DNA of 63,696 bases from Candidatus Woesearchaeota archaeon (lineage in GTDB: Archaea; Nanobdellota; Nanobdellia; Woesearchaeales; GW2011-AR4), in contig JAGVXT010000011.1 in NCBI GenBank assembly GCA_018303655.1, forward strand, positions 1-63,696, written 5' to 3'. The notes under the pieces are model-generated. The model did not search any database, was not told where the DNA came from, and saw nothing but the letters and a program-made list of their open reading frames with translations. A program made the position numbers and the translations under genes. Below are positions 59,309-63,696 of this stretch, in pieces (position 1 is the stretch's first letter; the number at the start of each line of letters is the position of its first letter).

Positions 59309-59797
59309 TTAACTTTTTCTTTCCAAAACCATTATTGTGTAGCTGTACCTGTTTTCATCGTCCTTTTCAACGAATCTTTCCTTAACTTTAACCCATTCAT
59401 CTTCATTGAATTCGGGAAAATAAGTGTCGCCTTTGAATGTGCCATGGACTTTGGTTATGCAAAGCCTGTCTGCTATCGGCAAAAACAGCTTATAGATTTC
59501 AGCGCCTCCAATAACCATTATCTCATTATTGCCTTTTGCAGCCTTTATGGCGTCTTCTTTATTGTTGACAACAACGCATCCATCTGTCTTGTAATTTTTA
59601 TCCCTTGTTATTATTATGTTCAGCCTTTCCGGCATCGGCCTTCCTATTGACTCATGAGTTTTCCTGCCCATTATCACAGGCTTGTGCTTTGTTGCTTCCC
59701 TGAAATACTTCAGTTCAGAAGGCAGGTTCCAAGGCAATTTATTTTGATATCCAATCACTCTGTTCTCGTCCATTGCAAATATTAATGATATTATCAT
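59309..59797 (-). CDS. folA: Dihydrofolate reductase
   Basis: VIGYQNKLPW, IMGRKTHESIGRP, IGGAEIY, GDTYFP. Confidence 0.97.
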   Translation of the reverse strand: MIISLIFAMDENRVIGYQNKLPWNLPSELKYFREATKHKPVIMGRKTHESIGRPMPERLNIIITRDKNYKTDGCVVVNNKEDAIKAAKGNNEIMVIGGAEIYKLFLPIADRLCITKVHGTFKGDTYFPEFNEDEWVKVKERFVEKDDENRYSYTIMVLERKS

Positions 59798-59927
59798 TTT
59801 GTTTTATTTTTTAATTTTCATTATGTTAGTTTTTATGATTTTTACAAAATTAAATGTTTTACTTGCTGTTTGCCTTTTGTAATATGGGCATTTCCAATAA
59901 TAAAAATTATTTCAAAAATAAAAAAAT

Positions 59928-60773
59928 TTAGACAGCCATCTCTGCCTTTATTGAAGGATGGAACTGGTAATCTTCCAGTTTTATGTCTTCCATTGTGAAG
60001 TCATCAATGTTTTTTATCAATGGATTTAACCATAGCTTTGGCAATGGAAATGGCTTTCTTGCCAGTTGCTCCTTTACCTGCTCAAAATGGTTGTGGTAGA
60101 TATGCGCGTCTGCAAGAATATGCACGAATTCCCCTGGCTTCAAGCCCGTGACTTGCGCAACCATGTGCAGCAATAAAGAATATGAGGCAATGTTGAACGG
60201 AACTCCAAGGAACATGTCGCATGAGCGCTGGTACATCTGCAATGATAATCTGTCATTTGCAACAAAGAACTGGAAGAATGCATGGCAAGGAGGCAATGCC
60301 ATTTCTTTTAATTCGCCTGGGTTCCATGCTGTCACAATTATCCTCCTGCTTGTGGGGTTTGTTTTGATTAATTTTATTGCTTCTGCAAGCTGGTCTATTT
60401 CATCGCCATTTGGCGATTTCCATTTTCGCCATTGAATGCCATAAATTCTTCCCAAATCGCCTTCAAACTTTGCCTTTGGCTTCCAATAGTCAGCTTCCGC
60501 ATTTGCTGCCCATATTGTTGTTTTTTCTTTGTCACGAGTGCCGTGAAGTATTTCAGCCAGTCTTCTTTCATCAGTGGAACCTTCGATGAACCATAAAAGC
60601 TCGCTTGCAACGCTTTTCCATGGCAGCTTTTTTGTTGTCATTGCGGGAAACCCATTTTCCATGCCAAAGCGCAGCTGCATGCCAAAAATAGCCCTTGTTG
60701 AGATTCCGGTCCTGCTCTGCCTGTCTATGCCGTTTTCAAGAACATATTTCAAGGCATCAAGATATTGCTTCAT
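59928..60773 (-). CDS. thyA: Thymidylate synthase
   Basis: [31 protein letters not shown]. Confidence 0.98.
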   Translation of the reverse strand: MKQYLDALKYVLENGIDRQSRTGISTRAIFGMQLRFGMENGFPAMTTKKLPWKSVASELLWFIEGSTDERRLAEILHGTRDKEKTTIWAANAEADYWKPKAKFEGDLGRIYGIQWRKWKSPNGDEIDQLAEAIKLIKTNPTSRRIIVTAWNPGELKEMALPPCHAFFQFFVANDRLSLQMYQRSCDMFLGVPFNIASYSLLLHMVAQVTGLKPGEFVHILADAHIYHNHFEQVKEQLARKPFPLPKLWLNPLIKNIDDFTMEDIKLEDYQFHPSIKAEMAV

Positions 60774-60919
60774 TTTACTCAGTAAGCATGGGTTTTCCTA
60801 ATTTTATATAAATTTTGGTTTTATTAGGCTGTTTTAAATTTTGTTGTTTTAGCAAGTAGTAAAATTTCTTAATCACTACCAAAAAGTATTTATATGACTA
60901 TCGCAAGGAATATAATAAG

Positions 60920-61384
60920 ATGAAAAAGAAGACGATGCAGGCTATCTTCGCAGTTCTGTTTGTTCTTGGAGTGATTGTTGGCTATACTCTTCCTGGTGAT
61001 TTTAGAAATCTGGCAAAAAAGCCATTGCAAGCGGGAATTTTTGACGTTCCAAAAAAGCTTGGGCAGCTTGATCTGGAAAGCCCTTACTTCAAGTACACGG
61101 TTATTGCACAGGCTGAAACCGGAAGCATTGAGCTGATAAGGGTGGATGATAAAATACCCATGCATATCCATCCGAAAGAAAATCATTTTGTTTATATTTA
61201 TAAAGGCAGGGCAAAGGGCACAGTCGGCGATGTCAATGCAGAAGTCGGGCCAGGGCAGTTAGTAGCGATTCCGGCTGGAGTTCCCCACAGCTTTGAGAGG
61301 ATTGGCGACACTCCAGTTGAAATAATACTGTTTTCTTCACCCCCTTTCATGCCAGGCGACACAGTGTTTTTGGAGAATGGGTAG
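60920..61384 (+). CDS. Membrane-anchored cupin domain protein
   Basis: PMHIHP.E and IPAGVPHS cupin motifs. Confidence 0.85.
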   Translation: MKKKTMQAIFAVLFVLGVIVGYTLPGDFRNLAKKPLQAGIFDVPKKLGQLDLESPYFKYTVIAQAETGSIELIRVDDKIPMHIHPKENHFVYIYKGRAKGTVGDVNAEVGPGQLVAIPAGVPHSFERIGDTPVEIILFSSPPFMPGDTVFLENG

Positions 61385-61387
61385 ATT

Positions 61388-61825
61388 TTGATTTTTCTTT
61401 ACGCAAAATTAATAAATAGTCGGCGCACTTTAAAGCATATGAAAAAATTGTGGCTCAAAGAGATTGCAAGGGACTTGCTGGCATTGGGAAGCATACCCTT
61501 CTACTTTCTTGTTGCAGTAAGGGCGGTAATTGGCAAATACAATGTTTTTGTTTACCAGATGATAATAGCAGCGATTGCTATTTTTATTCTTTATTTTATA
61601 ATCAAAAATTCAAACTTGCATGTTGCAAGATCTTTTGCAGCGCTTGTTTTTACCAGCCTGTTTTACAAGGAAATCTTCTTTACAGTTTTTGCATCTTTAG
61701 TGTGGGTTTTATTGTTATCAGCAGCTTATTACATCAAAAGAAAAATTAGTTCAGTATTTAAAGGAGTAGTTATTGGAGTTGTAAGTTCCCTAATTGGATA
61801 TTATGTTGCATCATATTTACTATAA
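61388..61825 (+). CDS. Small membrane protein (probable start MKKLWL)
   Basis: Four to five hydrophobic segments, ARDLLALG. Confidence 0.7.
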   Translation: MIFLYAKLINSRRTLKHMKKLWLKEIARDLLALGSIPFYFLVAVRAVIGKYNVFVYQMIIAAIAIFILYFIIKNSNLHVARSFAALVFTSLFYKEIFFTVFASLVWVLLLSAAYYIKRKISSVFKGVVIGVVSSLIGYYVASYLL

Positions 61826-61875
61826 AACAAAAAGCTTTTTAAATAAAAATATAAATTTTAAAAATTGATTTAAAA

Positions 61876-62160
61876 ATGGGCAACAGACTGATAATGTTTT
61901 CCGGCACTGAATGCGTGCACTGCAAGGAAATGGATCCTTTGCTTGAGCAGCTTGAGAAGGAAGGAATCCATATAGAGCATGTTGAGGTCTGGCATGATGC
62001 GGAGAATGCAGCATGGCTTGAGAAGATTGACAAGAATGCTGACGGAAGCGTTTTCTGCGGAGGAATTCCCTTGTTTTACAACGAAAAAACCAGCAAGAAG
62101 CTCTGCGGCAACCAGAAGATTGAGAAATTAAGGCTATGGGCTTTGGGAGAGTTAAAATAA
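61876..62160 (+). CDS. Thioredoxin/glutaredoxin-like protein
   Basis: ECVHC redox motif, CGGIP cis-Pro motif. Confidence 0.85.
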   Translation: MGNRLIMFSGTECVHCKEMDPLLEQLEKEGIHIEHVEVWHDAENAAWLEKIDKNADGSVFCGGIPLFYNEKTSKKLCGNQKIEKLRLWALGELK

Positions 62161-63050
62161 TGGAGCAAAAACTAGCAAAGCCCGAATGGCTTAAGATTAA
62201 AGTTTCTGCAAATGATAATTTCTCCAATATTAAAAATACTCTGAAACAACATAATCTGCACACAGTCTGCGAAGAAGCGCATTGCCCGAACATTTCTGAA
62301 TGCTGGAGTGGAGGAACAGCAACATTCATGCTGATGGGTGATATGTGCACTAGAGGATGCAAGTTCTGCGCTGTCAAGACCGGCAATCCAATGCAAAAGC
62401 TTGATGAAGAAGAGCCTAAAAAACTGGCGCAGGCATTAAAAGAGATAAAATTGTTGGATTATGTTGTTTTAACCTCTGTCAACAGGGATGATTTGGTAGA
62501 TGGAGGCTCTGGACATTTTGCAGAATGCATCAGGGAAATAAAAAAAGCCTATCCTGAAATCATTGTTGAAGTTTTGATTCCTGACTTTAATGGCAGCATT
62601 GAATCATTGAATAAAATTGTTGATGCAAAGCCGGAAGTCATTGCGCACAATATAGAGACTGTTGAAAGACTGCAAAAAAAAGTCAGGGATGTAAGGGCGA
62701 ATTACAAGCAATCATTAAGTGTTTTGGAGAACGTTAAAAAATTAAATCCAAAAATATACACAAAATCATCTATAATGCTTGGATTGGGAGAAACAGGTGA
62801 AGAAGTTATTCAATCAATGAAAGATTTGAGAGAAATAAATGCAGATATTCTGACAATCGGGCAGTATCTTAGGCCAACAGGCTGGCACATTTCAATAAGT
62901 GAATTTGCAGCTCCGGAAAAATTTGAATATTTCAAGCAGAAAGCGCTTGAGCTTGGCTTCTTGTTCTGCGCATCAGGCCCTTTTGTCAGGAGCTCTTACA
63001 GGGCAGGAGAGTTGTTTGTGAGGAATGTTATAAAAAGAAAAGATTTCTAG
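62160..63050 (+). CDS. lipA: Lipoyl synthase
   Basis: KPEWLK, CEEAHCPNISEC, CTRGCKFC, VRSSY. Confidence 0.97.
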   Translation: MEQKLAKPEWLKIKVSANDNFSNIKNTLKQHNLHTVCEEAHCPNISECWSGGTATFMLMGDMCTRGCKFCAVKTGNPMQKLDEEEPKKLAQALKEIKLLDYVVLTSVNRDDLVDGGSGHFAECIREIKKAYPEIIVEVLIPDFNGSIESLNKIVDAKPEVIAHNIETVERLQKKVRDVRANYKQSLSVLENVKKLNPKIYTKSSIMLGLGETGEEVIQSMKDLREINADILTIGQYLRPTGWHISISEFAAPEKFEYFKQKALELGFLFCASGPFVRSSYRAGELFVRNVIKRKDF

Positions 63051-63553
63051 ACATCAATTTTTCTGTTTAATGCCCTTATGCTTCTTTCGTACAGTTCCTG
63101 ATGATTATCGCCTGAGATTTTGGGGAGCTCATTTAAGTTTATTGGCGTTTTTGGCATATCCACATTGTTATAAACTTCCACAAAAATATGATCCACTTTG
63201 CCGTCCAAGTCCGTGTCAGCTCGCCCAATAAGAGGATCAGATAAGTCACTAAGGTTGCGTGTCCATACTGTAAGCGGCTGGCTTTTTTTCAATTGTGTTA
63301 CTTTGTAAGAATGCCAGATATCATTTACAGTTTTAGTTTCCAGGCCATAAGATGTGAAGTAGTTGTAATCGCCCTCAATAGCTAAAATCAAAATAATCTT
63401 GAATTCGTCTGTTCCAAAAACAAAGCGCTCCCAGCAGGTTGACAAATTACTTAGAAAATCTCTTGAAACGTTTACTTCAGCATGAGAGGGTTTGCCTAGC
63501 AGCGCCACTAATCCCAAAGATGAAGTTCCTGCTAAAAATGCCCTTCTGTCCAC
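63047..63553 (-). CDS. Hypothetical protein with a Tat-like signal
   Basis: DRRAFL twin-arginine motif, hydrophobic stretch, SHA cleavage site. Confidence 0.65.
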   Translation of the reverse strand: MDRRAFLAGTSSLGLVALLGKPSHAEVNVSRDFLSNLSTCWERFVFGTDEFKIILILAIEGDYNYFTSYGLETKTVNDIWHSYKVTQLKKSQPLTVWTRNLSDLSDPLIGRADTDLDGKVDHIFVEVYNNVDMPKTPINLNELPKISGDNHQELYERSIRALNRKIDV

Positions 63554-63627
63554 AATTGATGGAAAGCCATATTTTTATTTAAATGTTTCCAAGCTTCAGG
63601 CTTTGTCCCAAATCTTAAATATAACCG

Positions 63628-63674
63628 CTGTTAGTCGTTAGACTAACAGGGGGTGGACAGTGAAGGTGTCCACC
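63628..63674 (+). promoter_or_regulatory. Double-hairpin leader ahead of a CDS start at 63675
   Basis: CTGTTAGTC/GACTAACAG and GGTGGACA/TGTCCACC stems, ATG directly after, TATA-like TTAAATATA upstream. Confidence 0.55.
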
Positions 63675-63696
63675 ATGAAAAACAAAACAGCATTAA

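Overview
This AT-rich window is archaeal. Split RNA polymerase genes, a short Dph2, class-III-signal pilins and bacterial-type folate enzymes point to a DPANN (Woesearchaeota-like) genome; the lineage is inferred. From left to right it holds: dph2; an APC permease-methyltransferase fusion; a 15-kb minus-strand type IV pilus/adhesin locus with two embedded toxin-antitoxin pairs; a solo IS200-type tnpA; a degenerate M23 protein; a sulfatase/phosphodiesterase/spermidine-synthase-like island; rps7-rps12; a 7-gene island (3 methyltransferases, PLP decarboxylase, nucleotidyltransferase, HAD phosphatase, MBL hydrolase) inserted antisense between rps12 and nusA; the rpo operon with A'' ahead of A' and a frame break in rpoB'; tRNA-Lys with three BHB introns and tRNA-Asp with two; and a one-carbon/purine block (glyA, folD, purN, purH, folA, thyA, lipA) interrupted by a CARF-HTH/Bro-N segment. 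The strongest non-gene signal is a family of modular palindromic repeats found in spacers, in frame inside a CDS and between the tRNAs. Modules of this family recur inside both tRNA-Asp introns. All protein calls come from motif recognition by eye; no database search was run.
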